Shown here in pieces: positions 19,288-29,357 of a DNA stretch of 64,000 bases (the first letter of the stretch is position 1; every line of letters begins with the position of its first letter). The position numbers and the translations under genes are program-made. The stretch is from Alphaproteobacteria bacterium (GTDB taxonomy: Bacteria; Pseudomonadota; Alphaproteobacteria; UBA828), in assembly GCA_965220745.1 (NCBI GenBank), contig CBDCQT010000013.1, forward strand, positions 448,001 to 512,000, read 5' to 3'. Below the pieces are notes generated by a model. It was given only the letters and a program-made list of their open reading frames with translations. It made no database searches and had not been told where the DNA came from.

Positions 19288-19927
19288 GCCGGCGCCGCTG
19301 GTCATCGCGGTCGACGGTCCGGCGGCGGCGGGGAAGGGCACCCTCGCGCGCCGCCTCGCGGCACACTACGGGCTGCGGCACCTCGATACCGGCGCGCTTT
19401 ACCGCGCGACGGCGCTCCGCCTGCTAAGGGCAAACGGCGATCCGGTACAAGAGGCAGAGGCGGCGGACGCGGCGCGTCATGTCACGGCCGCCGACCTCGA
19501 CGATCCTGCGCTGCGCGAAGAAGAGGTGGGGCAAGCGGCATCGGTCGTCGCGACCCACGGCGCTGTGCGTGCGGCTCTGCTCGACTATCAGCGGACGTTT
19601 GCCGCTGAGCCGCCCGGCGCCGTGCTGGACGGACGGGATATCGGCTCCGTCGTCTGCCCGGACGCGCAGGTGAAGTTCTATCTGGAGGCGACCCCCGAAG
19701 TGCGGGCCGGACGCCGCCTTTGTGAGTTGCGGTCGCGCGGTGTCGAGAGTATAGAATCCAGTGTTTTGGAAGAAATAATCGCTCGCGACGTCCGCGACAG
19801 CCGGCGTAGCGCCGCACCGTTGAAGCTGGCGGCAGACGCAAGTCGGATCGATACCACGGCCCTCGGACCCGATGAGGTGTTCGAGCAGGCGGTGGCAATC
19901 GTCGACTCGCGTCTTTCCTCCACGTAG
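19274..19927 (+). CDS. cmk: Cytidylate kinase
   Basis: IAVDGPAAAGKGT, LDTGALYR, LDGRDIG. Confidence 0.96.
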   Translation: MSSSEPAPLVIAVDGPAAAGKGTLARRLAAHYGLRHLDTGALYRATALRLLRANGDPVQEAEAADAARHVTAADLDDPALREEEVGQAASVVATHGAVRAALLDYQRTFAAEPPGAVLDGRDIGSVVCPDAQVKFYLEATPEVRAGRRLCELRSRGVESIESSVLEEIIARDVRDSRRSAAPLKLAADASRIDTTALGPDEVFEQAVAIVDSRLSST

Positions 19928-20036
19928 CGGTACGTAGCGGAATCCACACCGCGGAAACGCGCTCACCCATCACGGCCCGCGGCATATGCCGGGCAAGCCT
20001 TGCGCGAAAGCGCCCACCGACCATTTCGGAGATCAG

Positions 20037-21794
20037 ATGACAGCAGAGACAACGGAAGCAACAGAGCAGGCCGGCGCGCCGAAAGAGTCCTTCGCCGACA
20101 TGCTCGACTCGTTCTTGGACGACAAGCCCCGCTTCGAGGGGAGCGTCGTCAAGGGCACCGTTCTCGCGATCGAGAACGACGCCGCCCTCATCGATGTCGG
20201 CCTCAAGGTGGAAGGCCGGGTCCCCCTCAAGGAGTTCTCCGCGCCTGGACAGGCGGCCGAGGTCAAGGTCGGCGACGAGGTCGAGGTCTATATCGAGCGC
20301 TTCGAGACCGCGCGCGGCGAGGCCTCGCTCAGCCGTGAGCGGGCGCGCCGCGAGGAGGCCTGGGAGAAGCTGGAGCAGGCCTACAAGGACGGCGAGCGAG
20401 TCACAGGCGTCATCTTCGGCCGGGTCAAGGGCGGCTTCACGGTTGATCTCGACGGTGCCGTGGCGTTCCTGCCGGGTAGTCAGGTCGATATTCGGCCGGT
20501 GCGCGACATTGCGCCCCTGGTCGGCACCGACCAGCCGTTCCAGATCCTCAAGATGGACCGCCGCCGCGGCAATATCGTCGTCTCCCGCCGCGCCGTGCTG
20601 GAGGACACCCGCGCCGAGCAGCGCAACGAGCTGATCGCCAACCTGCACGAGGGTCAAATTCTCGAAGGCGTGGTCAAGAACATCACCGACTACGGCGCGT
20701 TCGTCGATCTGGGTGGCGTGGATGGCCTGTTGCACGTGACCGACATCTCGTGGCGCCGGGTCAACCATCCGGCCGACGCCCTGCAGATCGGCCAGACCGT
20801 CAACGTCCAGGTCATCCGCTTCAATCCCGAAACCCAGCGCATCTCCCTCGGCATGAAACAGCTCGAAGCCGATCCGTGGGAGGGCGTCGAGGCCAAGTAC
20901 CCGGTCAGGACCAAGTTCACCGGCCGGGTGACGAACATCACCGATTACGGCGCGTTCGTGGAGCTGGAGCCGGGCGTGGAAGGCCTGGTCCACGTCTCTG
21001 AAATGAGCTGGACCAAGAAGAACGTGCATCCGGGTAAGATCATCTCGACCAGCCAGGAGGTCGAGGTAATGGTGCTCGATGTCGATCCCGAGAAGCGCCG
21101 GGTCAGCCTCGGCCTCAAGCAGTGCCTGGACAACCCCTGGATCGTCTTCGCCGACTCTCATCCGGAGGGGGCGATCGTCGAGGGCGAGATCAAGAACATC
21201 ACCGAGTTCGGCCTGTTCATCGAGCTGCCCGGTGAGATCTACGGCATGGCGCATCTCTCCGATCTGGACTGGCTGACGCCTGGTGAGGAGGCCCTGAAGC
21301 GGTTCAAGAAGGGCGAGGAGGTCAAAGCCAAGGTGCTGACTGTCGACGTCGAGAAGGAGCGGATCGGCCTCGGCCTCAAGCAGCTTGACGACGATCCTTT
21401 CCAGGGTGCGGACGCGCGGCGCGGCCAGACCGTGACCTGCACCGTCACCGCGGTGCACGAGCACAGCGTCGAGGTCGAAATCTTCGGCTCGCTGCCCGGC
21501 GATATCAAGCGCTCCGAGCTCGCCCGCGACCGCGACGAGCAGCGCCCCTCGCGCTTCGCAGCGGGCGACAAGGTGGACGCCAAGCTGCTGCAGATCGACC
21601 GCAACAACCGGCGCGTCACGCTCTCCATCAAGGCCCTGGAGGTCCAGGAAGAGAAGCAGGCGATGGAGGAGTACGGCTCGACCGACAGCGGCGCGAGCCT
21701 CGGCGACATCCTCGGCGCCGCGCTCGACCGCAAGACGCAGGAAGAGGCCGCGCGCGCGGCGGAGGCCAAGGACGCGTCTGACGACGAGAGCTGA
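20037..21794 (+). CDS. rpsA: 30S ribosomal protein S1
   Basis: Repeated S1 domains (VKNITDYGAFVDLGGVDGLLHVTDISW); follows cmk. Confidence 0.98.
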   Translation: MTAETTEATEQAGAPKESFADMLDSFLDDKPRFEGSVVKGTVLAIENDAALIDVGLKVEGRVPLKEFSAPGQAAEVKVGDEVEVYIERFETARGEASLSRERARREEAWEKLEQAYKDGERVTGVIFGRVKGGFTVDLDGAVAFLPGSQVDIRPVRDIAPLVGTDQPFQILKMDRRRGNIVVSRRAVLEDTRAEQRNELIANLHEGQILEGVVKNITDYGAFVDLGGVDGLLHVTDISWRRVNHPADALQIGQTVNVQVIRFNPETQRISLGMKQLEADPWEGVEAKYPVRTKFTGRVTNITDYGAFVELEPGVEGLVHVSEMSWTKKNVHPGKIISTSQEVEVMVLDVDPEKRRVSLGLKQCLDNPWIVFADSHPEGAIVEGEIKNITEFGLFIELPGEIYGMAHLSDLDWLTPGEEALKRFKKGEEVKAKVLTVDVEKERIGLGLKQLDDDPFQGADARRGQTVTCTVTAVHEHSVEVEIFGSLPGDIKRSELARDRDEQRPSRFAAGDKVDAKLLQIDRNNRRVTLSIKALEVQEEKQAMEEYGSTDSGASLGDILGAALDRKTQEEAARAAEAKDASDDES

Positions 21795-21835
21795 GGCGCG
21801 CACCTTGACCCTCTAGGCCGCGATCCAGGAGGGAG

Positions 21836-22747
21836 ATGGCGAGCCTGGAACCAGACAGGTTGCTCGACCGCCGCCGTCTCAAGCGGGGCGTCGCAATCTG
21901 GCGTGCGCTTGCCATCGTCGCGTTGATCGTCGCCGCCCTGGTGGGCGCGATGCCCTTCGCCTTTGACGAGGGCGAGCGCGTGGCCCGGCTCTGGGTTAGC
22001 GGGTTCATCGAGGACGATCCCGGGCGCGACCGTATCGTCGCCGATCTCCGTGACGACGATGCGGTCAAGGCGGTGGTCCTGCGGCTCGATTCGGCAGGCG
22101 GCACGGCGGTCGGCGGCGAAGCGCTTTATCTCAGCCTGCGCTCCCTCGCCGAGAAGAAGCCGGTGGTCGCCGTTCTCGGTACGACGGCGACCTCGGCGGC
22201 CTACATGGCGGCGCTGGCCGCAGATCGCTTGCTGGCCCGCGAATCATCGCTCACGGGCTCGATCGGGGTCCTGTTTCAAACCGCCGAGTTCACCGCGCTC
22301 CTGGAAGAAATCGGGGTGCGTGCGGAGGCGATCCGCAGCGGGCCGCTGAAGGCGAAGCCGATGCCTTACGAGGAACTGGATGACCCGACCCGCCAGGCCA
22401 TGCGGAGCGTGGTGAGCGATACCTACGAGTATTTTCTCCGCGTGTTGATGGAGCGGCGCTCCCTCGATCGCGAGACGGCGCTGACGCTGGCCGACGGCCG
22501 CGTTTTCACCGGCCGGCAGGCGGTGCAGGCGGGCCTAGTCGATGCCGTCGGCGGCGAAGAGGAGGCGCGGGCGTGGCTGGCGCAGGCACACGGCGTGCCG
22601 AAGAACGTTCCGGCGACCGACGTGACGACCGGCGACGAGGGCGGCCTGCTGGGCACCCTCGACGCGGCGCTCAAGCGAACCTTGCCGGTACGAACACTGG
22701 CGCTTGACGGTCTGATCGCCGTTTGGCACCCTGAGTTATCGGACTGA
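21836..22747 (+). CDS. sppA: Signal peptide peptidase SppA (S49)
   Basis: LDRRRLKR, LRLDSAGG, ATSAAY, LTGSIGV, ADGRVFTGRQA. Confidence 0.93.
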   Translation: MASLEPDRLLDRRRLKRGVAIWRALAIVALIVAALVGAMPFAFDEGERVARLWVSGFIEDDPGRDRIVADLRDDDAVKAVVLRLDSAGGTAVGGEALYLSLRSLAEKKPVVAVLGTTATSAAYMAALAADRLLARESSLTGSIGVLFQTAEFTALLEEIGVRAEAIRSGPLKAKPMPYEELDDPTRQAMRSVVSDTYEYFLRVLMERRSLDRETALTLADGRVFTGRQAVQAGLVDAVGGEEEARAWLAQAHGVPKNVPATDVTTGDEGGLLGTLDAALKRTLPVRTLALDGLIAVWHPELSD

Positions 22748-22813
22748 AATGACGACGTTCTCGGCAACTCGGCACATGCGCCGGGAGCGTGAATGTGGTG
22801 GAGTACCTCTGGA

Positions 22814-23101
22814 ATGACCAAGTCCGAACTCATTCAACTGCTGGCGGAGAAGCACGCCGACCAGCACCTCTACCACCGCGATTATCAGCGCGTGGTGAAC
22901 CGGATTTTCAACGAGATCAGCGACGCGCTCGCGCAGGGCGACAGGGTCGAGCTTCGCGGATTCGGTGCGTTCTCGGTCCGCCCGCGGGGCGCGCGCGTGG
23001 GCCGCAATCCGCGCACGGGCGCCGCGGTACGGGTCGACAAGAAATTCCTGCCGTTCTTCAAGACCGGCAAGGAACTGCGCGAGCGGCTCAACCGCGAGTG
23101 A
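22814..23101 (+). CDS. ihfB: Integration host factor beta
   Basis: [41 protein letters not shown]. Confidence 0.96.
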   Translation: MTKSELIQLLAEKHADQHLYHRDYQRVVNRIFNEISDALAQGDRVELRGFGAFSVRPRGARVGRNPRTGAAVRVDKKFLPFFKTGKELRERLNRE

Positions 23102-23196
23102 GCGTTGCGGCTTGAGCGGCGCGCGGCGGTCCGGGACCACGACCGCCGAACGTCGTGGTTGACGGGCCGCGCAATGCGGCGCAGAAGAGCAAGCCC

Positions 23197-23553
23197 ATGA
23201 GGATACTCGCCTGGGCGATCGCAGGGGCGGTGGCGGTGATCGTCATCGCCTTCGCCGTGGCGAACCGCGGCCCCGTGACCATCAGCGTGGCGCCGTTCCC
23301 CTACACGCTCGAGATTCCGATGTGGGCGCTGGCGGTGGGGGCGTTGTTGGTCGGGTTTCTGACCGGTGCCCTGGTCCGCTGGCTGCTCGACCACAAGGTG
23401 CGCAGCATGGCGCGCCGGGGCCGCAGGCGCACGCGCGCGCTGGAGCAGGAGCTGGCGCGGGCGCGCGAGAAGCTGGACGAGACGGTGCGCGCCCAGCGGG
23501 CGACGGTGGCGCCGGGTGCGCCTGTGTCTCTCTCGCCCAAGGATCTCGCTTGA
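23197..23553 (+). CDS. lapA: LapA (DUF1049) family membrane protein
   Basis: FAVANRGPV, two hydrophobic helices and a coiled-coil tail; position after ihfB. Confidence 0.8.
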   Translation: MRILAWAIAGAVAVIVIAFAVANRGPVTISVAPFPYTLEIPMWALAVGALLVGFLTGALVRWLLDHKVRSMARRGRRRTRALEQELARAREKLDETVRAQRATVAPGAPVSLSPKDLA

Positions 23554-23603
23554 GCCCGGTTTCTCGCTGGAGTCATGGCGAGAAATTCGGGGTAGGGTAG
23601 GCC

Positions 23604-24281
23604 ATGCCTGTTGCAGTCAAGACCTGCGGACTGAGTGATCGTGCCGCCGTCGATGCGGCGCTGGCCGGGGGCGTGCGGTACCTGGGCTTCGTGTTCTTTC
23701 CGCCCTCTCCGCGCGACGTGGCGCCGGGCCGGGCTGCGGCCCTGAGCGCGGGCCTGCCGGACGGCATTGCCACCGTCGGCGTCATGGTCGAGCCGGACGA
23801 CGACTTCCTCGACGCTATTCTCTCCGAGATGCGACTCGACTATATCCAGCTCCACGGAAACGAGAGTCCGGCGCGGGCAGAGGGTGTTCGTGCGCGCACC
23901 GGCTGCCGCATTATCAAGGCGATCAGCGTGTCCCAAGCCTCCGACATTGCCCGTGCCGACGACTACGGCCAAAGCGCCGACCTGATCCTGTTCGATGCCA
24001 AGGCGAAGGCCGACGACACGCGCCCCGGCGGCAATGCCCGGACCTTCGACTGGAGGCTGTTCGGGGCCGCGCCGCCGCCATCGACCGGGTGGCTGCTCTC
24101 TGGCGGCCTGGACGCAGGCAACGTCGGCGAGGCGATCAGGATCACGGGCGCCCGCGCGGTCGATGTGTCGTCTGGCATCGAATTCGCGCCGGGGCGCAAG
24201 GACCCCGAAAAGATCAGCGCCTTCCTCGCCGCTGTGGTGGCCGCCGCAACTGCCCCAATACCGAAAGAGGCACAGGCATGA
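23604..24281 (+). CDS. trpF: Phosphoribosylanthranilate isomerase
   Basis: [36 protein letters not shown]. Confidence 0.96.
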   Translation: MPVAVKTCGLSDRAAVDAALAGGVRYLGFVFFPPSPRDVAPGRAAALSAGLPDGIATVGVMVEPDDDFLDAILSEMRLDYIQLHGNESPARAEGVRARTGCRIIKAISVSQASDIARADDYGQSADLILFDAKAKADDTRPGGNARTFDWRLFGAAPPPSTGWLLSGGLDAGNVGEAIRITGARAVDVSSGIEFAPGRKDPEKISAFLAAVVAAATAPIPKEAQA

Positions 24282-25489
24282 GCGCACGCGGCGCCAACCG
24301 GCCCGGCCCCGACGCAGAGGGACACTTCGGCATCTATGGCGGCCGCTACGTCGCCGAGACGCTGATGCCGCTGATCCTCGATCTGGAGAAGGCCTACGAG
24401 CAGGCCAAGGATGATCCCGCGTTCACCGAGGAGTTCGAGCGCCTGCTCGGCCACTACGTGGGCCGGCCCAGCCCGCTCTATCACGCGGAGCGCCTGAGCG
24501 ATCATCTCGGCGGCGCGCGCATCTACTTCAAGCGGGACGAGCTCAACCACACCGGCGCGCACAAGATCAACAACTGCATCGGCCAGATCCTGCTGGCGCG
24601 CCGCATGGGCAAGACCCGGATCATCGCCGAAACCGGGGCCGGCCAGCACGGCGTTGCGACGGCGACCGTCTGCGCGCTCTTCGGCCTGCCCTGCACTGTC
24701 TACATGGGCGAGACTGATATCGAACGGCAGCAGCCCAACGTCTTTCGCATGAAGCTGCTGGGCGCCGAGGTGGTGCCCGTGGACTCAGGGTCGCGCACGC
24801 TGAAGGACGCCATGAACGAGGCGCTGCGCGACTGGGTGACCAACGTCGAGACGACGTTCTACTTGATCGGCACCGTCGCGGGCCCGCATCCCTATCCCGC
24901 GATGGTGCGCGACTTCCAGTCGGTGATCGGGCACGAGACCCGCGAGCAGATCATGGCGGCGGAGGGCCGGCTGCCGGACACGCTGGTCGCCTGCGTCGGC
25001 GGCGGTTCCAACGCCATCGGCCTGTTCCACCCCTTCCTCGACGAGGACGGCGTGCGCATGGTTGGCGTCGAGGCCGCCGGCCACGGCGTCGAGAGCGGCA
25101 AGCATGCCGCGTCGCTGACCGCCGGCTCGCCTGGCGTGCTGCACGGCAACCGGACCTATCTGCTGCAGGACGAGCACGGCCAGATCATCGAGGCGCACTC
25201 GATTTCCGCCGGTCTCGACTATCCGGGCATCGGGCCCGAGCATGCCTGGTTGCGCGACTCGGGCCGCGTCACCTATGTGGCGATCACCGATGACCAGGCG
25301 CTGGATGCCTTTCACCTGTGCGCGCGGATGGAGGGAATCCTGCCTGCCCTGGAGCCCGCCCACGCCCTGGCCCATGTTGTGGAGCTGGCGCCGGGCCTGC
25401 CGAACGACCACATACTCGTCATGAACATGTGCGGCCGGGGCGACAAGGACATCTTCACCGTCGCAGATACGATGGGCGCATCGCTGTGA
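24278..25489 (+). CDS. trpB: Tryptophan synthase beta
   Basis: [38 protein letters not shown]. Confidence 0.98.
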   Translation: MSARGANRPGPDAEGHFGIYGGRYVAETLMPLILDLEKAYEQAKDDPAFTEEFERLLGHYVGRPSPLYHAERLSDHLGGARIYFKRDELNHTGAHKINNCIGQILLARRMGKTRIIAETGAGQHGVATATVCALFGLPCTVYMGETDIERQQPNVFRMKLLGAEVVPVDSGSRTLKDAMNEALRDWVTNVETTFYLIGTVAGPHPYPAMVRDFQSVIGHETREQIMAAEGRLPDTLVACVGGGSNAIGLFHPFLDEDGVRMVGVEAAGHGVESGKHAASLTAGSPGVLHGNRTYLLQDEHGQIIEAHSISAGLDYPGIGPEHAWLRDSGRVTYVAITDDQALDAFHLCARMEGILPALEPAHALAHVVELAPGLPNDHILVMNMCGRGDKDIFTVADTMGASL

Positions 25490-26325
25490 CGGGGCGCATC
25501 GAGCGGCGCTTCGCGGCGCTCGCCGAGGAGAGCCGCGCCGGGCTCGTCACCTTCACGATGATGGGCGATCCGGACATCGAGACCTCCTACGCCATCCTGG
25601 AAGGGCTCGCAGAGGCCGGTGCCGATGTCATCGAGATCGGCTCACCCTTCACCGACCCGATGGCCGACGGTCCGGTGATCCAGCGCGCGGGCCAGCGGGC
25701 GCTCCGGGCCGGCATCACGCTCGGCAAGTCGCTTGAGCTGGCGCGGCGCTTCCGGGCGCAGGACGACACGACGCCGCTGGTGCTGATGGGCTACTACAAC
25801 CCGATCTACATTTATGGCGTGGAGCGCTTCCTCAACGACGCGCTGGAGGTCGGTCTCGACGGCATGATCGTGGTCGATTTGCCGCCCGAGGAGGACGCCG
25901 AGCTATGCCGGCCGGCGCTCGACGCCGGGCTCTCCTTCGTGCGGCTGGTGGCACCGACGACCGACGAGGCCCGTCTGCCGGCGGTTCTCACCAACACCAG
26001 CGGCTTCGTCTATTACATCTCGATCACCGGGATCACCGGCGCGGCGGGCGCCACCACCGCCGCGACGCAGCAGGCGGTCGACAGGCTGCGGCGCCACACG
26101 GCGCTGCCCATCGCGGTGGGCTTCGGCATCAAGACGCCGGAACAAGCGGCGGAGGTCGCGCGGGTGGCGGATGCTGCGGTCGTGGGCTCCGCCCTGGTCT
26201 CGGCAATCGAAGACGGATTGGACGCGGACGGCGGGGCGACGACCGCCTGCCGCGACAACGCGCTCGCGCTGGTGCGCGCGCTCGGCGACGGCGTGCGCGC
26301 AGCGCGGCAGGAGGCTGCATCGTGA
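25486..26325 (+). CDS. trpA: Tryptophan synthase alpha
   Basis: [31 protein letters not shown]. Confidence 0.97.
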   Translation: MTGRIERRFAALAEESRAGLVTFTMMGDPDIETSYAILEGLAEAGADVIEIGSPFTDPMADGPVIQRAGQRALRAGITLGKSLELARRFRAQDDTTPLVLMGYYNPIYIYGVERFLNDALEVGLDGMIVVDLPPEEDAELCRPALDAGLSFVRLVAPTTDEARLPAVLTNTSGFVYYISITGITGAAGATTAATQQAVDRLRRHTALPIAVGFGIKTPEQAAEVARVADAAVVGSALVSAIEDGLDADGGATTACRDNALALVRALGDGVRAARQEAAS

Positions 26326-27257
26326 GCTGGCTCGAACGCTTCGCCCGCCCCAAGGTGAGCGGGCTGTTCCGCAAGCCCGACATCCCCCACGACCTGTGGG
26401 AGAAGTGCGAAAAGTGCGAGCAGATGATTTTTCACCGCGAGCTTGAGAGCAATCTCCGGGTCTGCCCGCGCTGCGACCATCACATGCGGCTCGGCGCCGA
26501 CCAACGCCTGGCGCTGCTCTTCGACGGGGGGGAATATCAGACCATCGAGCTGCCGGCGGTGGACGAGGACCCCCTCCGCTTCCGCGACCGCAAGCGCTAC
26601 TCGGACCGCCTGCGCGAAGCGCGCAGCAACACCGGCCACGACGATGCCATCGTGGTCGCCCACGGCAAGATCGGCGGCGCTCCGGCGGTCGTCGCCGCGT
26701 TCGACTTCGGCTTCCTTGGTGGCTCGATGGGCACCGCCGTCGGCGAAAGCCTGCTGGCTGCCGCGCGGCTTGCCATCCTGCAGGAATCGCCCTTGATCGT
26801 GATCCCGTCCTCGGGCGGCGCACGGATGCAGGAAGGCGTGCTCTCGCTGATGCAGATGGCGCGCACCACCATCGCGGTCGACGAGCTGAAGGAAGCGGGC
26901 GTGCCCTACATCGTCCTGCTGACCAACCCGACAACCGGCGGCGTGACGGCCTCCTTCGCCATGCTCGGCGACATCGCCATCGCCGAGCCGGGCGCCGTGA
27001 TCGGCTTCGCGGGTCCGCGCGTGATCGAGGAGACGATCCGGGAGCGGCTGCCCGAGGGCTTCCAGCGCGCCGAATACCTGCGCGATCACGGCATGGTCGA
27101 CATGGTGGTGCACCGCCGCAAGCTGCGCGAGACACTGTCGCTGCTGCTGTCGCTGCTGCGCGACAAGAAGCCCGCAGCGGAGGTTATCGCCCTGCATAGG
27201 GACGCGCCCGACACGGGCGGCGGCAAGGACCTGCCTGCATCGGCCAGCGCCGAGTAA
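26322..27257 (+). CDS. accD: Acetyl-CoA carboxylase carboxyltransferase beta
   Basis: LWEKCEKC...CPRC zinc finger, [34 protein letters not shown]. Confidence 0.97.
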   Translation: MSWLERFARPKVSGLFRKPDIPHDLWEKCEKCEQMIFHRELESNLRVCPRCDHHMRLGADQRLALLFDGGEYQTIELPAVDEDPLRFRDRKRYSDRLREARSNTGHDDAIVVAHGKIGGAPAVVAAFDFGFLGGSMGTAVGESLLAAARLAILQESPLIVIPSSGGARMQEGVLSLMQMARTTIAVDELKEAGVPYIVLLTNPTTGGVTASFAMLGDIAIAEPGAVIGFAGPRVIEETIRERLPEGFQRAEYLRDHGMVDMVVHRRKLRETLSLLLSLLRDKKPAAEVIALHRDAPDTGGGKDLPASASAE

Positions 27258-27302
27258 GCGGCGCCCGGTCGCGTTCTCCGCGGCCTCTTTCTGCAGGGGC
27301 AA

Positions 27303-28613
27303 GTGAGCGTGGCGTCCAAGCCGGCCGCGCCGCGCGAGAGCGACGCGATTCTAGCCCGGCTGCTCGACCTCCATCCCAAATCGATCGATCTTTCGCTTGG
27401 GCGCATGACCCGGCTGCTCGACGCGCTGGGCAACCCGGAGCGGGCCATGCCGCCGGTGATCCACGTCGCCGGCACCAACGGCAAGGGCAGCGTCGTCGCC
27501 TATCTCGACGCGATGCTGCGGGCGGCCGGCTATCGGGTGAACGGCTACGTCTCGCCGCACTTGGTTCGCTTCGCCGAGCGCATCAGGCTGGATGGGGTGC
27601 CGATCGCCGAAAACTCGTTGCGCGCGAGCCTTGCCCAATGCGAGGCGGTCAACGACGGCGCGCCGATCACCTTCTTCGAGATCACCACGGCTGCGGCCTT
27701 CCATGCCTTCGAACGCAATCCCTCGGATGTGCTGCTTCTGGAAGTGGGGCTGGGCGGCCGGCTCGACGCCACCAACGTGATCGCGCGCCCGGCGCTCACC
27801 GTCATCACCCCAGTCTCCATCGACCACACGCACTACCTTGGCGAGACGCTCGAACTCATCGCTGCCGAGAAGGCCGGAATTCTGAAGCACGGAGTCGCGG
27901 GCGTGATCGGTCGACAGGAGGCGGAGGCCGACGCAGTGATCGAGAATGTCGCCGGCGGGGTCGGGGCGCCGCTCGCACGGCTCGGCCGGGAGTGGTCGTT
28001 CAAGCGCGCTGACTCGCATCTGGTCGTCCAGGACGAGAGCGGCGAGGCGCGCTACCCGTTGCCCGCCCTCGCCGGCGACCATCAGGTCGAGAACGCCGCG
28101 CTCGCCGCCGTCTGCGCCCGGCTACTTCCCGGCTTCGAGGTCGGCGACGCTGCCATCGTCCAGGGACTACGCGAGGCGCGCTGGCCGGGGCGGCTGCAGC
28201 GCATCCCCTGGGCCGGCCTTTCCGATGGCTGGGAAATCTGGGTCGATGGCGGTCACAACGCAGCGGCGGCACATGTGCTCGCCCGCGTCGCCGAGGCATG
28301 GGCCGACCGGCCTCTCGACCTCGTGGTCGGCATGTTGAACACGAGGCCGCCCGAGGATTATCTCAGGCCGCTCGCGCCCTTCGTGCGGCGGATGGCGGCG
28401 GTGGCGATCCCCGATCAGGCCGCGAGCAGGACGGCGGACGAGATCTACTCGGTCGCGCGGTCTCTCGACATCAACTCGGAAACAGACGCCAGCGTCGGCG
28501 AGGCCATCACGCGCCTTGCGTCAGGCGCGGCCCAGCCCGGCCGCATCCTGGTGTGCGGCTCGCTCTATCTGATCGGTGACGTGCTCGCGACCGCTGGCGT
28601 TGCGGCCGCGTGA
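27303..28613 (+). CDS. folC: Folylpolyglutamate synthase / dihydrofolate synthase
   Basis: HVAGTNGKGS, SPHLV, LEVGLGGRLDATN, WPGRLQ, DGGHN, GSLYLIG. Confidence 0.96.
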   Translation: MSVASKPAAPRESDAILARLLDLHPKSIDLSLGRMTRLLDALGNPERAMPPVIHVAGTNGKGSVVAYLDAMLRAAGYRVNGYVSPHLVRFAERIRLDGVPIAENSLRASLAQCEAVNDGAPITFFEITTAAAFHAFERNPSDVLLLEVGLGGRLDATNVIARPALTVITPVSIDHTHYLGETLELIAAEKAGILKHGVAGVIGRQEAEADAVIENVAGGVGAPLARLGREWSFKRADSHLVVQDESGEARYPLPALAGDHQVENAALAAVCARLLPGFEVGDAAIVQGLREARWPGRLQRIPWAGLSDGWEIWVDGGHNAAAAHVLARVAEAWADRPLDLVVGMLNTRPPEDYLRPLAPFVRRMAAVAIPDQAASRTADEIYSVARSLDINSETDASVGEAITRLASGAAQPGRILVCGSLYLIGDVLATAGVAAA

Positions 28614-28624
28614 GGGGTGGGGCG

Positions 28625-28945
28625 TCAGACCGCGCCGCGCAGCCACTCGGCGAGCTTGGCCTTGGGCAGCGCGCCGACCTTGGTGTCGGCCACCTCGCCG
28701 TCCTTGAAGAGGATCAGCGTCGGAATACCCCGGATTCCGTACTTGGCCGGCGTCGAGGGGTTCGAATCCACGTCCAGCTTGGCAACCGAGAGCGAATCGC
28801 TCATCTCGCCGGCGATCTCCTCCAGCGCAGGCGCGATCGCCTTGCAGGGGCCGCACCAGTCGGCCCAAAAATCGACCAGGACCGGGCCTTCGGCGTTAAG
28901 GACCTTCTCTTCGAACTCGGCGTCGGTGACGTGGGAAACGCTCAT
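28625..28945 (-). CDS. trxA: Thioredoxin
   Basis: [16 protein letters not shown]. Confidence 0.97.
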   Translation of the reverse strand: MSVSHVTDAEFEEKVLNAEGPVLVDFWADWCGPCKAIAPALEEIAGEMSDSLSVAKLDVDSNPSTPAKYGIRGIPTLILFKDGEVADTKVGALPKAKLAEWLRGAV

Positions 28946-29032
28946 CGGTACTCCTCCAGAACGGCAACAATCGGAATGTAGGGAGCGCTCCGGGGCCCGT
29001 CAACGGGACCCTCGCGCGTTATTCCAGCGCCC

Positions 29033-29326
29033 TTATTGTTCGGCGAGAAGCGCCGTCGCGATGGCGCGCCACTCCTCGCGCAGCGCCTGCTCCGACGCCG
29101 GACGGCCTGCGCGCCGGTACCAGTAGCCCGCGTTGCGGAGGTCGCCTTCCACGCGGTGAAGATAGGCGTGGACCCAGGCGCCTGCCGGTCCCTTGTCCGC
29201 TTGGGCGAGGTTATGGGCCTCGTCCCACGCGCCCTTCGCCTCCTGCCAGAGCGCCTGAAGCGGCTTGCTCAGGCCGGTTGGCGGCGCGGCGCCTTCGAGC
29301 GAGCCTTCGAATGCCGTCAGGTCCAT
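29033..29326 (-). CDS. Conserved hypothetical helical protein
   Basis: WDEAH...AWVHAYLHRVEGDLRNAGYWYRRAGRP is a widespread uncharacterised motif; GGAGG RBS. Confidence 0.85.
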   Translation of the reverse strand: MDLTAFEGSLEGAAPPTGLSKPLQALWQEAKGAWDEAHNLAQADKGPAGAWVHAYLHRVEGDLRNAGYWYRRAGRPASEQALREEWRAIATALLAEQ

Positions 29327-29357
29327 GGTGGGCCTCCCGTTAGTCCTTGCCCCGCAG

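Noticed and set aside
19482-21803. 773-aa minus-strand ORF and similar long antisense ORFs (17794-19341, 46639-48579, 51752-53734, 57115-58749)
   Set aside because: Shadows of rpsA, aroA, the dehydratase, hydantoinase A and the flavoprotein; the opposite strand carries clear family motifs.
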